In this document: piece after piece, positions 63,597 to 64,000 of the stretch
Numbering within the stretch: position 1 is the first letter of the stretch
How the letters are laid out: the number at the start of each line of letters is the position of its first letter
NCBI RefSeq assembly: GCF_009914755.1
Contig: NC_060926.1
Reading direction: 5' to 3' (one strand)
DNA length: 64,000 nt
Origin: the human T2T-CHM13v2.0 reference genome, Homo sapiens
The notes under the pieces: model-generated
Told to the model about the DNA's origin: nothing
Seen by the model: the letters and a program-made list of their open reading frames with translations, nothing else
Databases searched by the model: none
Made by a program: the position numbers and the translations under genes

Positions 63597-64000
63597 GTTT
63601 TTTCTTTTAACTATTATTTTAGGTTCAAGGGTAAATGTGCAGGTTTGTTATATAGGTAAACTTGTGTCATGGGGTTTTGGTGTACAGATTATTTTATCAC
63701 GTAGGTATCAAGTATGGTACCCGATAAGTATTTTTGCCTGATCTTCCTCCTCCCACCCTCCACCTTCAATTATGCCCCAGTGTCCATGTGTTCCCATTAT
63801 TTAGCTGCCACTTATGTAAACATATAGTATTTGGTTTTCTGTTCCTGCGTTAGTTTGCCAAGAATAATGCTCTCCAGCTGCATCCATGTTGCTGCAAAGG
63901 ACATTATCTCATTCCTTTTTGTGGCTGCATAGTATTCCATGTTGTATATGTATCATATTTTCTTTAGCCAGTCTACAATTGATGGACATTTAGGTTGATT
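63597..64000 (-). mobile_element. Older L1PA 3' end, runs off the window
   Basis: tgtgcaggtttgttatataggtaaac...gtggctgcatagtattccatg. Confidence 0.9.

Overview
Human (primate) genomic DNA, recognisable as the COLEC11-ALLC locus (2p25.3). The window holds the last four coding exons and 3' UTR of COLEC11 (collectin-11/CL-K1, + strand, 2367-~9345). A ~13.7 kb repeat-rich intergenic stretch follows, with a CpG-rich segment carrying a strong CTCF motif and a perfect (GT)49. Next come a likely non-coding first exon (~23120-23215) and nine coding exons (36042-62035) of ALLC (allantoicase), which continues past the window. The ALLC exons splice into an uninterrupted 302-codon frame. The 12.7-kb ALLC intron 7 is mostly an old antisense L1 with nested elements, including a full-length processed GAPDH pseudogene. 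There are three VNTRs (29/31, 34 and 26 bp units), about 19 Alu-family copies, several LTRs and DNA transposons. Almost all six-frame ORFs outside the exons are artefacts of repeats or high GC. I see no unequivocal new system. The best leads are: (i) an intact but substrate-orphaned allantoicase with altered repeat-1 motif residues; (ii) a 339-nt stop-free exon 8-10 block flanked by inverted Alus (possible rolling-circle circRNA); (iii) an LTR carrying a 5x AP-1/TEAD/E-box array in ALLC intron 1; (iv) a CTCF/(GT)n boundary element between the two genes. Repeat family names come from recalled consensus sequences, not from a search.
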